Shown: positions 46,869 to 56,442 of the stretch, in pieces | How positions within the stretch are numbered: position 1 is the first letter of the stretch | How the letters are laid out: each line of letters starts with the position of its first letter | Source of the DNA: Archaeoglobaceae archaeon | Lineage (GTDB): Archaea > Halobacteriota > Archaeoglobi > Archaeoglobales > Archaeoglobaceae | Reading direction: 5' to 3' | DNA: 64,000 bases | NCBI GenBank assembly: GCA_015523335.1 | Contig: WAKM01000012.1 | Coordinates: 1,714 to 65,713, forward strand | Notes under the pieces: model-generated | What the model was told of the DNA's origin: nothing | Database searches by the model: none | What the model saw: only the letters and a program-made list of their open reading frames with translations | Position numbers and translations under genes: made by a program

Positions 46869-47917
46869 ATCAGCCAACGCTTGACTTTTACCTCTTTTTT
46901 TAGCAGTTTAAGTATCAGAACTCTGAAGAAGGATGTTATGCAGACCATAGTCCAAAGGGGAGAGTAAACGAAGTAGTATAGGGGCAGTAATTTGCAATCT
47001 ATTTCGTATCTGAATTTCTTCGCAAGAAACATCATTGTTGCAGACCATACGATGAAGGAAAGCATTATTACGAGTAAATTCTTGAGGGTGTGGATCTCGA
47101 AGAGCATGAGCATAGCCAAAGACAGCAACTTGGGAGACAGGAACACCATTAGAGGGATCAGAAGGTAGAGCAACTTTGAAATTAGGCTGTCCGGCAACAG
47201 TAAGCTAAACAGAAAGCCGATGATAGCCGGATAGAACACGAAGATGTAGGGGATCCACAATCTCGGTCTCTTTACGATTCTCCAAAAGTTCTCTATTATA
47301 ACCTCAGCCCCTCCCAAGCTCCAGCGTTCTCGCTGAACGAACCAATCCTTAAGGTTTGAAGGAACCTTCGTTATGGCTTTCCCGTCCACGCAAACCCTGA
47401 ACCCTCTCAAACCCAAACGGACACCCAGATCCGTGTCCTCATTAATTCGCCTTCTGAATCCGCCGACGCTTTGCAGAACGGATCTTTTGATCATGAAAGC
47501 GGAACCGTTTATGCTCAGGCAGGAGTTAAACTTCTCGGCGAGCTTTGCTGTTAGAAACATGACGAAGTAGTCTATGTTTATCAGCTTTTCAAGAATAGAG
47601 CTTGCAGAAACCTCCTTTCGAATTTCAATCGCATCCTTTCCGTTGAGATCGCAGAGGTTGACTATCTTAGTATCAGAATCCAAAAACAGGATTTGCTCAC
47701 CGCTCGCAAGCTTTAAGGCGTCATTCAAAGCCTTCCACTTACCCCTTCTTTTTTTGCTAATCGTGGCTTTGACCGGATATCTCCTCAAAATTCTGAGAAC
47801 TTTCTCGTTGGGATCATCCGCGGCAATTATTACCTCGTATCCCAACTTCAACAGATCTTTGACGTTCTCTTCGATTAAACCTTCGTCTCTGTAACTTACT
47901 ATTATCGCGGATTTCAT
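46865..47917 (-). CDS. Family 2 glycosyltransferase, QxxRW type, with a C-terminal TM bundle
   Basis: LDSDT (DxD), the QRERW motif and ~4 C-terminal TM helices. 4-nt overlap with the convergent ppsA end. Confidence 0.75.
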   Translation of the reverse strand: MKSAIIVSYRDEGLIEENVKDLLKLGYEVIIAADDPNEKVLRILRRYPVKATISKKRRGKWKALNDALKLASGEQILFLDSDTKIVNLCDLNGKDAIEIRKEVSASSILEKLINIDYFVMFLTAKLAEKFNSCLSINGSAFMIKRSVLQSVGGFRRRINEDTDLGVRLGLRGFRVCVDGKAITKVPSNLKDWFVQRERWSLGGAEVIIENFWRIVKRPRLWIPYIFVFYPAIIGFLFSLLLPDSLISKLLYLLIPLMVFLSPKLLSLAMLMLFEIHTLKNLLVIMLSFIVWSATMMFLAKKFRYEIDCKLLPLYYFVYSPLWTMVCITSFFRVLILKLLKKEVKVKRWLI

Positions 47918-47919
47918 AA

Positions 47920-48426
47920 TTATTTTGTTATTTCTATAATGAATTCGTTAATTTCTTTTTCGGTCATGTTGTGCGGGATTATGTAGATCATGTAGCTGTC
48001 ATTGCACCAGAAGTAGTGAGTCACGTTTTTACCCGGTGGCGTGACGTAGTAAACATTCAAGCCATCGACTCTTTTGACTTTAACGTCCTTCCATCCGTAT
48101 TCCACCATAGCTTTTGCCATTCTATCGGTTTCTTCCTTGGCAACGCTCGAATTTGGATAAACCGTAACCCAGACGGTAACGTATTCGGAATGAGGATTCG
48201 TGAGATTTAAGTAGTGCATCATGGCGATATCCTTTACGAATCTAATTTTACCTATGTGCATCATCTTCACGAGTTTTAGAGCGTCCTCACCTGTTAAACA
48301 GACGACTTTCGTCAGACCCATCACGCTGTTTGGGGTAATTTCGGTGGCGTTCAGCTTAACTTCAGCCTTCTGTTGCGCGCATCCGAGCAAAATTAAGGCT
48401 AACAGAATAACCACCAATTTTTTCAT
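47920..48426 (-). CDS. Putative secreted lipoprotein, sequon-rich
   Basis: Signal peptide with lipobox-like LLGC. Six N-x-S/T sequons in 168 aa. The stop is 2 nt before the GT2 start. Confidence 0.6.
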   Translation of the reverse strand: MKKLVVILLALILLGCAQQKAEVKLNATEITPNSVMGLTKVVCLTGEDALKLVKMMHIGKIRFVKDIAMMHYLNLTNPHSEYVTVWVTVYPNSSVAKEETDRMAKAMVEYGWKDVKVKRVDGLNVYYVTPPGKNVTHYFWCNDSYMIYIIPHNMTEKEINEFIIEITK

Positions 48427-48553
48427 ACCTCACGAATTCAAACATGATCCTAATAACACTTTTGAATTTGGTATTGGTAAACCCAATTTTAGTTTATTCG
48501 ATCACGTCGAACAGAAGGATAACTTCTTAAGCAAAGATGGCAGTCGTGCTGAT

Positions 48554-49291
48554 ATGAAGAAGTTAGTCGTCATGAGCGGAAAGGGTGGAGTCGGTAAGAG
48601 CACCGTAGCCGCTAACATCGCGTTTGCCCTTACGATGAAGGGTTATAGGGTCGGACTTCTCGATAGCGATCTGCACGGTCCGAGCATTCCCAAGATACTC
48701 GGTTTGGAGGATTTAAAGGGTTTGGAGGTCGTTGATGGTAAACTCAAACCGGCTGAAGTTAACGGGCTGAAAGTCGTATCAATTCAGTTTCTTCTACCTT
48801 CAAAGGATTCTCCGGTCGTTTGGAGAGGGCCTATGAAGCACAAGTTCTTGGAGCAGATATTCAACGACGTGAACTGGGGAGAACTCGACTTCTTAGTAAT
48901 AGACTGCCCGCCGGGAACCGGAGACGAGATAATAAGCATATTTCAGCTTGCCAAACCGGATGCGGCTGTGATAGTAACCACACCGCAGAGCGTTGCGCTT
49001 GAAGACGTTAAGAAAGCAATAAACTTCGCGAAGAAGGGCGTTCAGAAGATATTCTTAATAGAGAACATGAGCGGTCTCATATGTCCCCACTGCGGAAAAA
49101 GAATAGACGTATTCGGTGTCGGCGGTGGAAAGAAGCTCGCTGAGGAAACCGGGATCAAGTTCTTGGGTTCAGTTCCGCTCGATCCTGAGATAATGAAGAG
49201 TTGCGAAGAGGGACAGCCTTTCGTCAAACTTAATATGAATTCCGCTAAGGTGTTCAAGGAGATAGTCGACAAGCTGGTTCAGGAGGTTTGA
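48554..49291 (+). CDS. Mrp/NBP35/ApbC-family Fe-S cluster carrier ATPase
   Basis: Deviant Walker A SGKGGVGKST and a CPHC motif. The ORF-track start at 48221 is antisense to the lipoprotein gene and is rejected. Confidence 0.88.
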   Translation: MKKLVVMSGKGGVGKSTVAANIAFALTMKGYRVGLLDSDLHGPSIPKILGLEDLKGLEVVDGKLKPAEVNGLKVVSIQFLLPSKDSPVVWRGPMKHKFLEQIFNDVNWGELDFLVIDCPPGTGDEIISIFQLAKPDAAVIVTTPQSVALEDVKKAINFAKKGVQKIFLIENMSGLICPHCGKRIDVFGVGGGKKLAEETGIKFLGSVPLDPEIMKSCEEGQPFVKLNMNSAKVFKEIVDKLVQEV

Positions 49292-49292
49292 T

Positions 49293-49937
49293 ATGTTCGA
49301 TCTTCACATCCATTCCATTTATTCCGACGGAACGGCAAACGTAGATGAGATAGCAAGGAAAGCCAAGGAGACGGGGATGAAGGTCATAGCGATCGTCGAT
49401 CACTCCGTAGAGCACAGGTTGGGGATGGATGAAGGTAAAGCAAAGCAGAGGCAGGCTGAGATTGAGGAAGCCATGGACAGATACGATATAAAGATTTTGA
49501 GCGGTATCGAATGCGGGATTCTTCCGGACGGAGAGATACAGCTTCCGAATTTTGAATTCGATTTGGTAATAGCATCTATCCACGATTTTCTTTCGGTCGA
49601 TGAATACTACCACAGAATTGAGCGTTGTTTGGAGAAGTTTGGAGACATCGTGGACGTTTTGGGACACCTCCATTCGGAAAGATTCGGCTCAGCTGGAAGG
49701 GATTTCGTGCGGGATGTTGAGATAATTGACCTTCTTCTCGAAACGGACATTGCAATAGAGATAAACACGACGCATATGGCTCCGCCTTTGGATTTCCTGG
49801 AGATGTGCTCCGGAAAACCAATCAAGTATTCCGTAGGGAGCGATGCCCACACCCTTGAAAAAGTTGGAGACGTGAAGTGGGGTTTCGAGATCGCGAGAAG
49901 GTATTTGAGGAAAGGAGAACCGATAGTTAAAATTTAA
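49293..49937 (+). CDS. PHP-domain metal-dependent phosphoesterase
   Basis: DLHIHSIYSDG N-terminal motif and further His/Asp motifs (DHS, SIHD, GHLH, SDAH). Confidence 0.8.
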   Translation: MFDLHIHSIYSDGTANVDEIARKAKETGMKVIAIVDHSVEHRLGMDEGKAKQRQAEIEEAMDRYDIKILSGIECGILPDGEIQLPNFEFDLVIASIHDFLSVDEYYHRIERCLEKFGDIVDVLGHLHSERFGSAGRDFVRDVEIIDLLLETDIAIEINTTHMAPPLDFLEMCSGKPIKYSVGSDAHTLEKVGDVKWGFEIARRYLRKGEPIVKI

Positions 49938-50634
49938 CTGTTTTCCTGAGCTCCAAATCGAGCAGAATCATCGAAACCGTTGCAATTCCCAATGAAAAAG
50001 CGAGCAAACACCTCGAAACGTTCTCGTTAAACGGGTATGCGAGCACCGACGTTAGGTAAAACATCATAAAAACCAGAAAAGCGAGTAAGGAAGGTCTCAT
50101 GTTAACGGGGTCGACTATCAGATTGAGCACTCTGATGTATCTCGCAAGTTTTAGCAGTATTACGGATATCACAAGCGCCAGTATGGCTATGGCAACGTCA
50201 ACCGCGAACGGCGGAATACCTATCTTTTCTTCAAACACGATCCAAAGCACGGTTATGTAAAAGGGTATGTTTACGCAATCCTTGCAGAAAGTGATCGTTG
50301 CGGCCGATTTCAGTATTGTATTCAGCAAAACCACGTTGAAGATCAGAACATAAAGCACGGAGACCAGATTAACGAAAGGTTCGAGATACTTCAACTGCTG
50401 AACTAAAACTATCGCCTTCGCAATCATTATAGTCGCCAAAGCGGATAGGGCGTGAAAAGTCTCCTTAACCTTCCAATTTAGGTTCAGAACGTCGGATTTA
50501 ATTACGATGGAATAATTTATGAACGCAATCACGAACCCAATTACACATATTATCATTACAATTATTGATACTATTCCCATTGTTGTGCAGTGATATATGC
50601 TCTTAATTAGCTTTTCGAAAGTGATTTTATCCAT
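49927..50634 (-). CDS. Polytopic membrane protein, unknown function
   Basis: ~7 hydrophobic segments. ATG 50634 is chosen because the longer ORF (to 50748) overlaps the leuC start. Confidence 0.5.
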   Translation of the reverse strand: MDKITFEKLIKSIYHCTTMGIVSIIVMIICVIGFVIAFINYSIVIKSDVLNLNWKVKETFHALSALATIMIAKAIVLVQQLKYLEPFVNLVSVLYVLIFNVVLLNTILKSAATITFCKDCVNIPFYITVLWIVFEEKIGIPPFAVDVAIAILALVISVILLKLARYIRVLNLIVDPVNMRPSLLAFLVFMMFYLTSVLAYPFNENVSRCLLAFSLGIATVSMILLDLELRKTVKF

Positions 50635-50651
50635 GCGAAAAACTGACACCC

Positions 50652-51899
50652 ATGGGTAAGACGATTGCAGAAAAGATACTGAGCGAAAAGAGCGGAAAAG
50701 ACGCTTACGCCGGAGATTTAGTTGTTGCAAAGATCGATCAGATTGCATTACAAGACGGAACGGCTCCGCTCGCTATAAAAAGGATAAAGGAGTTGAACAG
50801 GCAGATTGAGGCGGCAAACAGAACGCATTTCTTCGTCGATCACGCGGCTCCCTCGCCGAGAAAAGAGTTGAGTAACGACCAGAAACTGATAAAGGAATTT
50901 GCAAAAGAGATTGGAGCGGACTTCAACCCGCCGGGAGAAGGAATAATCCACCAACTCATGGTCGAGAGATACGTCAATCCCGGAGATTTAGCCGTCGGAG
51001 CGGACAGTCACACCTGCACATACGGAGCTCTTGGAGCTTTCTCAACCGGAATGGGCTCTACGGATATAGCCGTAGCCGTAGTTCTGGGCAAAAACTGGTT
51101 CAGGGTTCCGGAAACCTTCAGAATCGAGATAAACGGCAAATTACCAAAGGGAGTCTTTGCTAAAGATTTGATTCTCCACATAATCGGCAAGTTGGGTGTT
51201 GACGGAGCGACATACAAGGCTCTGGAGTTCCACGGCGACACAGTTAATGCGATGGACATGGACTCCCGTCTCACTATGGCTAACATGGTCGTCGAGTGCG
51301 GAGCGAAGGTGGGTCTTTTCAAGACGGACGAAGTTACAAGGAGGTTTTTGGCGGAAAGAGGTAGAGAAGATAAATTTAGGGAGATAAAGCCTGATGAAGA
51401 TGCGGAATACGAGAAAGAACTTTACTTCGATGCGGACATCGAGCCGATGGTTGCGAAACCCCATAACGTCGATAACGTCGTAAGCGTTGGCGAAGTCGAA
51501 GGAACGAAGGTGGATCAGGTTTACATTGGAACGTGCACAAATGGCAGGCTTTCGGATATAGAGGTAGTTGCCAAGATGCTTAAGGGAAGAAAAGTCGCTG
51601 AGGACGTTAGGCTTATCGTAGCTCCAGCGAGCAGAGAGATCTATCTGAAAGCTATGGAACTCGGATACCTCAAGGTGATCGTCGAAGCCGGAGGAGTTGT
51701 GATCCCGCCCGGCTGTGGACCTTGCGTTGGAATACACATGGGCGTTCTTGCGGACGGAGAGGTCTGCATCTCAACGCAGAACAGGAACTTCAAGGGTAGG
51801 ATGGGAAATCCGAACGCCTTCATATACTTAGCTTCCCCAGCAACAGCTGCCGCTTCAGCTATAAAGGGAGAGATTGCTGATCCGAGGGAATTCCTATAA
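50652..51899 (+). CDS. leuC: 3-isopropylmalate / homoaconitate dehydratase large subunit
   Basis: Aconitase-family motifs DSHT, GTCTNGR and CGPCVG. Archaeal ~415-aa form; LeuC versus HacA cannot be resolved by eye. Confidence 0.9.
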   Translation: MGKTIAEKILSEKSGKDAYAGDLVVAKIDQIALQDGTAPLAIKRIKELNRQIEAANRTHFFVDHAAPSPRKELSNDQKLIKEFAKEIGADFNPPGEGIIHQLMVERYVNPGDLAVGADSHTCTYGALGAFSTGMGSTDIAVAVVLGKNWFRVPETFRIEINGKLPKGVFAKDLILHIIGKLGVDGATYKALEFHGDTVNAMDMDSRLTMANMVVECGAKVGLFKTDEVTRRFLAERGREDKFREIKPDEDAEYEKELYFDADIEPMVAKPHNVDNVVSVGEVEGTKVDQVYIGTCTNGRLSDIEVVAKMLKGRKVAEDVRLIVAPASREIYLKAMELGYLKVIVEAGGVVIPPGCGPCVGIHMGVLADGEVCISTQNRNFKGRMGNPNAFIYLASPATAAASAIKGEIADPREFL

Positions 51900-53513
51900 T
51901 TTTTCGTATCTTTTAACCTCTATCGCGTATCCCCTATCCACTTCGACCATTTCGATTCCAGTCATGATCGCCCTTCCGACTCCGATGAGTTCGTCGTTGT
52001 GGAAGACCACTATATCGTTCGGTCTTATCCTTTCGTCGGCATTCTTAACACCGACGGCGAAGATCGTCCCTTTAGGCTCAAAGTTGTCTATTCTGACGGT
52101 ATAAGCATTTTTCTCAAGCATTAGCTTAGCCAAAGGCATGTATACGTCGAGCATACCGTAATTGACGTCAATCCTCGCGATTCTATTCTTTCCTTTAAAC
52201 AGCTCAAGATTAGGATACCTGCCTCTCACCTTCAAATTATCTCCGAGCTCGGACAACTCTATTCCGAACTGATACCTGAGCATGTGTTCGAAAATCGATA
52301 GGTATAGATCGAAGTCGCGTTTGGCAACACCTTCCAAAGCCCTTCTCAGATTCTTTAGGGATTTTTGTGAAGTAACTTCTCCTTCAGCCGTGAAGATAAC
52401 ATCAATCCCTAAGCTCTCCACCACCTTCCTATATCCGCCTTCGACGTGGGCTATTATCACCTCGAACTCGCCTTTCCCGATAAACCCGGCAAGTCTTTCG
52501 GCAACGAACCTTATTTCGTCTCCGCTCCAGTAGCCCGTGACGGGAACATCGTAATTTATCGCCGGATAAGTCAGCTCGAAAACCCTCGGAACGACTAAGG
52601 GGGAAGAAACGATTATCTCCTCCACACCCTTCAGCAAATCGCCCAAATGAGATCGAATCTTAGAATGGGATCTGGAAAGCATGTAGGGTTTCCTCGCGGA
52701 GCAGGGTAAGATCAGCAATACCTCGCTCTTCGGCTTGTAAGCATCGATAGCCCTCTCAAAAAACGTGGAAACTTCGTATCTGCTGAAAGAATCCTCGCTC
52801 GTCGGAGTCAGCTTCGATTTCTTGAATATGGCACAGTATCGCTTGAAGAATTCCGAGTTTTCGTCTCCAATCCTCAGCATCGCCGTAAGCTCCGGATCGA
52901 ACTTCGCATGAGCCTCTACAAAGTTCCTTAAATTCTCGCTTCTGATCTGCTCTTTGATAAGATCGATCTGTCTTCTCAGAACAGCGGTGTTGTGCTTAGC
53001 GATTAGCTCTTCGTCCATATCCTTAACACTATGGTTTCGACATATCTCGCAGTTGCACGGAAGGGACTTGAGGGATTTAAGCTCGAACTCGCAGTTTTCT
53101 AACATGTATATCCCTTCGTAAGCCTTGACGATCGGCAGTATGTTGTCCACGATGTCCACTCCGAAGTAAACGAGCAGAGGAAGGTTTTTCGGTGTTGCCA
53201 AAGCCGGAGTATAGAGAGGCTTAAAGCTACCATCTCTAAGCTCTATCAAAGTTTCGACCAGCTTTCTAGGACTTAAAACGCTCAACCCGGTGGCAACTAT
53301 CAAGTTTTCGTCCCTACTCCTCAGAACCTCAAACCTCTTTGAATCTATATCCTTGAGGACGTATGGAGCGATTCCGAAATCGATCCTACTGATCAAATCT
53401 TCGAATTCATACCTCTCAAGAAAATCGATCATGAGAGGAACTTCGAACATCCTTCCGTTAATCTCAAGCTTGCCTATTCTCGCAACTCCGTCCCTCTTCT
53501 CAAGGTTTATCAT
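51894..53513 (-). CDS. arcS: Archaeosine synthase ArcS (TgtA2)
   Basis: TgtA-paralogous N-terminus, the PCSARKPY (PC-x3-KPY) motif of the DUF5591 domain, and a C-terminal PUA-like domain. Confidence 0.8.
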   Translation of the reverse strand: MINLEKRDGVARIGKLEINGRMFEVPLMIDFLERYEFEDLISRIDFGIAPYVLKDIDSKRFEVLRSRDENLIVATGLSVLSPRKLVETLIELRDGSFKPLYTPALATPKNLPLLVYFGVDIVDNILPIVKAYEGIYMLENCEFELKSLKSLPCNCEICRNHSVKDMDEELIAKHNTAVLRRQIDLIKEQIRSENLRNFVEAHAKFDPELTAMLRIGDENSEFFKRYCAIFKKSKLTPTSEDSFSRYEVSTFFERAIDAYKPKSEVLLILPCSARKPYMLSRSHSKIRSHLGDLLKGVEEIIVSSPLVVPRVFELTYPAINYDVPVTGYWSGDEIRFVAERLAGFIGKGEFEVIIAHVEGGYRKVVESLGIDVIFTAEGEVTSQKSLKNLRRALEGVAKRDFDLYLSIFEHMLRYQFGIELSELGDNLKVRGRYPNLELFKGKNRIARIDVNYGMLDVYMPLAKLMLEKNAYTVRIDNFEPKGTIFAVGVKNADERIRPNDIVVFHNDELIGVGRAIMTGIEMVEVDRGYAIEVKRYEKL

Positions 53514-54960
53514 GTTTGATCACCGCGTTTTCCGGTAGATCCTTCAAAAACTTAAGCCACTTCCCGCTCGCAACTATCACGAATCTCCTATCGCTGTGGT
53601 GATCCAAAAACCTCTTCAAGCCTTGCACGGCGATCTCAAGCGCTTCGTCCTCTAAGAGTTCGGATGGAGGTATCTCCGCATGCCCGGCCGGATAGGATTC
53701 GAGCATCTCTATGGGCACGACACCGAAAGCTGGTCTCAAGTAGAAGTCGGCCAAAACCCCTTCATCCGCCGAGATTATTATCTCATCCTTATCCGGCAGT
53801 TCCACGTTCAGCACCCTTTCGTGATGTCTAAGAACGGCCGGTCTGTAGCAACTCTCAACTCCGGCGTAGAGGAAGGAGTGCTTCATGGACGGATCGTATT
53901 GTTCCAAAAGCCATCCGTATTCCCTTATCTGCCTCCATGCGAACATAAGGTTCGGATGACTTCTGATCCTGCATTCTACGAGCTCGAATAGGTTATCCTC
54001 TTTTATGGCCTGCTTTATCCTCCTTATCTCCTCGAAACTAACCCATAGGTTGTGTTCCGCTATGAGTCTCTGCTTGTCATCATTATCCATTCTCCTAAGT
54101 TCTCCGGGAGTGTATTCCAGACAGATCGGGCAAGAACACGGAAAATATTGCAGTTCTTCAAGCTTCTTCGTTCCGTGCGGTGTTAAATAACGGTCGTCCT
54201 TAGCGTATAAAGCGTATGCCGCGGAATCGAAAAGATCGCAACCTAAAGCAACCGCTAAGGCAAAAACCATCGGATGTCCGGCACCGAAAAGGTGAACGGG
54301 AGCGTATGAAGGAAGGACGGATTTTACTTCCAAGATGATTTTCACGAGATCGTAAAATCTGTAGGTGTCCATCAGCGGAACTATACCGCCTATCGGATAA
54401 ACGTCGCCCCCCATCTTTACTACCTCCTCGGCGCACCTCCTTCTCAAATCCATGTGCGTCGAACCCTGAATCGGCAGAGCCAAAAGCCTGTCTCCTCTTT
54501 CAAGTTTCAGAGCTTCCCTCTCCCTCTGCAGAGTTACCTCGAGATCGCTTAAAGCGGTGCCGTAATCCGCATCGGGCGGAGTCGGAACGTCTAAAGGGAC
54601 GATGATGTCAGAGCCGATGTCTATCTGAAACTTCAGAATCTCCTCATTCGAGATTTCGACATCTCCGTAAACCATAAGCTGGTAGCTACCGCTGTCCGTC
54701 ATCACCGGCATGTCCACTTCCAAAACACCGTGGACACCTTTTTTAATCGCTTTTTCCCTTAGCTCCGGCGTTCGATAAATTATGTATGCGTTCGTAATCA
54801 GAATCTCCGCCCCGAATTTTCTCATGTCCTTAGCCGGAATGAACTCGATGTTCGGATTTATCACCGGCATAAGTGCCGGCGTTTCTATCCTGCCGTGCGG
54901 TGTTTCAAGTCTACCGATTCTGCCCATGGCATCCTTATCTAAGATCTCGAATCTCTGCAT
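53500..54960 (-). CDS. tgtA: tRNA-guanine(15) transglycosylase (ArcTGT)
   Basis: FEILDKDAMGRIGRLETPHG N-terminus, DSGSYQ, and the zinc site CSCPIC...H. At 486 aa there is no evident C-terminal PUA. Confidence 0.9.
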   Translation of the reverse strand: MQRFEILDKDAMGRIGRLETPHGRIETPALMPVINPNIEFIPAKDMRKFGAEILITNAYIIYRTPELREKAIKKGVHGVLEVDMPVMTDSGSYQLMVYGDVEISNEEILKFQIDIGSDIIVPLDVPTPPDADYGTALSDLEVTLQREREALKLERGDRLLALPIQGSTHMDLRRRCAEEVVKMGGDVYPIGGIVPLMDTYRFYDLVKIILEVKSVLPSYAPVHLFGAGHPMVFALAVALGCDLFDSAAYALYAKDDRYLTPHGTKKLEELQYFPCSCPICLEYTPGELRRMDNDDKQRLIAEHNLWVSFEEIRRIKQAIKEDNLFELVECRIRSHPNLMFAWRQIREYGWLLEQYDPSMKHSFLYAGVESCYRPAVLRHHERVLNVELPDKDEIIISADEGVLADFYLRPAFGVVPIEMLESYPAGHAEIPPSELLEDEALEIAVQGLKRFLDHHSDRRFVIVASGKWLKFLKDLPENAVIKHDKP

Positions 54961-54981
54961 TATTGCCCAATCCGTGGGAGG

Positions 54982-56442
54982 TTATAAAACGTTTAGCAAG
55001 GTCAAAGCGAGGAGGAATTCGATGAAAGATGCGGTAAAAAGCGGGATCAGATAATCTTCACCTAAAATCTTAAAAATGAAGGCTATCGCGAGGGGCAAGT
55101 AAACTATTACGAATCCGGGAATAATCAGAAACACGAGAGCGCTCAGACCGGAATACAGGTCTCTCCTTACGTTCATCTTCTCCGCTATTATCAGCACGAT
55201 GACCGACATCGCAAAAACGGACAGTGTCGTTGACAACTCAATGAAAAAGTCGGGCGTCTTGCCTTTGAACGCGAAGATAACGTTCATAACCCCAACGGAA
55301 ATCAGATAGATCGTTACGACGAGCAAAGTTTTGGCCGTTACAAGAGTTTTAGTCTTAACCGGCAGGATTTTTGTTATACCTTCTTTCTCCAAGCCGTGAA
55401 GTGAGAACGCCACCACGACGAGAAATGCGGAAATGACCACTATAGCCGTCGATACACTTCCGTGTGAAAGAATGAGGGATTCCATTATCGGTAGCAAGAC
55501 CAAGAAGCAAAGCGCCGGAGACCTCGAAATCAGCCTTACGTCCTTCTTAAGGAACGCAACCGTAGGGCTTGAAATTTCAAGCTTCAACTCTACTTCCTCA
55601 ACATCCCATTCGAACTTCGTGAATACTTCAGTTATCTTCGATGTCGCCCACCTCAGCGATAGATACGCCAAAACAGACCAAACAGCTACGCCAAAAAACG
55701 CGTTCGGAGTTCTTACGTTGGATGACAGAAACGCAAAGCAGAACGGATACAGAAACGAGAGTATCTTGCTGTTCGACATCACAAAACTCGAATAGGCTTC
55801 TGCATTCCTATACAACCATCCCATAGCGCTCGCGAACGCGTAGAACGAGAAGAATGCGAAAGCCCACACGACGTAATATAAAATCCTTACTACGCTTTTC
55901 CAACCCGAACCCGTCGTTATCTTCGAGTAGAACAACCTCGAAAGGTATACAACCAACCCGATGGAAAAGCTTTCGGAAACTAAGAGTCCGATTAAAGCCG
56001 GTGCTGACGATACTGGAGATCTGACGATCATCGCAACGAGAAAAACGATTGTAACGGTTGTTATCGGTATGTCGAATATCCTGAAGAAAGTTAAGGATAC
56101 TATCTTCGATACCTCATCTCCGCTGAGGGGTAAAGTGTATAGGATGTCGAAGTTTTGCGTAGCGAACGTTGTGGTAGCTTGAAGGAAGAAGAATGCAAGC
56201 AGGAAAGTGATCATGGCGTAAAATATGACGAAATCCATTACGTTCGATCTGAATGCTGTATAGATCGCCATCACCGACAGCATCAAAGCTAGGAACATCT
56301 TGTTGAGTAGCATCGACCTCTTAGCCGATCTGATGAGTTTTTCCAAGTTCTTCTTATGAGTTCTAACCTCGTATACGGATCTGAAAACCAAATCTCTATA
56401 AAAGTATCCCGAAATTTTCCAAAGTTCCTTAAGAGATGGCAT
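54982..56442 (-). CDS. Polytopic membrane protein, putative permease partner of the upstream ABC ATPase
   Basis: At least 12 hydrophobic segments, directly downstream of the ATPase. The ORF is open to 56520, but that start lies 92 nt inside the ATPase gene; ATG 56442 gives a 14-nt overlap. Confidence 0.55.
   Translation of the reverse strand: MPSLKELWKISGYFYRDLVFRSVYEVRTHKKNLEKLIRSAKRSMLLNKMFLALMLSVMAIYTAFRSNVMDFVIFYAMITFLLAFFFLQATTTFATQNFDILYTLPLSGDEVSKIVSLTFFRIFDIPITTVTIVFLVAMIVRSPVSSAPALIGLLVSESFSIGLVVYLSRLFYSKITTGSGWKSVVRILYYVVWAFAFFSFYAFASAMGWLYRNAEAYSSFVMSNSKILSFLYPFCFAFLSSNVRTPNAFFGVAVWSVLAYLSLRWATSKITEVFTKFEWDVEEVELKLEISSPTVAFLKKDVRLISRSPALCFLVLLPIMESLILSHGSVSTAIVVISAFLVVVAFSLHGLEKEGITKILPVKTKTLVTAKTLLVVTIYLISVGVMNVIFAFKGKTPDFFIELSTTLSVFAMSVIVLIIAEKMNVRRDLYSGLSALVFLIIPGFVIVYLPLAIAFIFKILGEDYLIPLFTASFIEFLLALTLLNVL

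Noticed and set aside
48221-48553. 111-codon N-terminal extension of the Mrp/ApbC ORF
   Set aside because: It is antisense to the lipoprotein gene. The Mrp family begins a few residues before the GKGGVGKS P-loop, which fits ATG 48554.
50635-50748. 38-codon N-terminal extension of the membrane protein ORF reaching into leuC
   Set aside because: The extension is basic and low-complexity and overlaps the divergent leuC start. ATG 50634 precedes the first TM segment.
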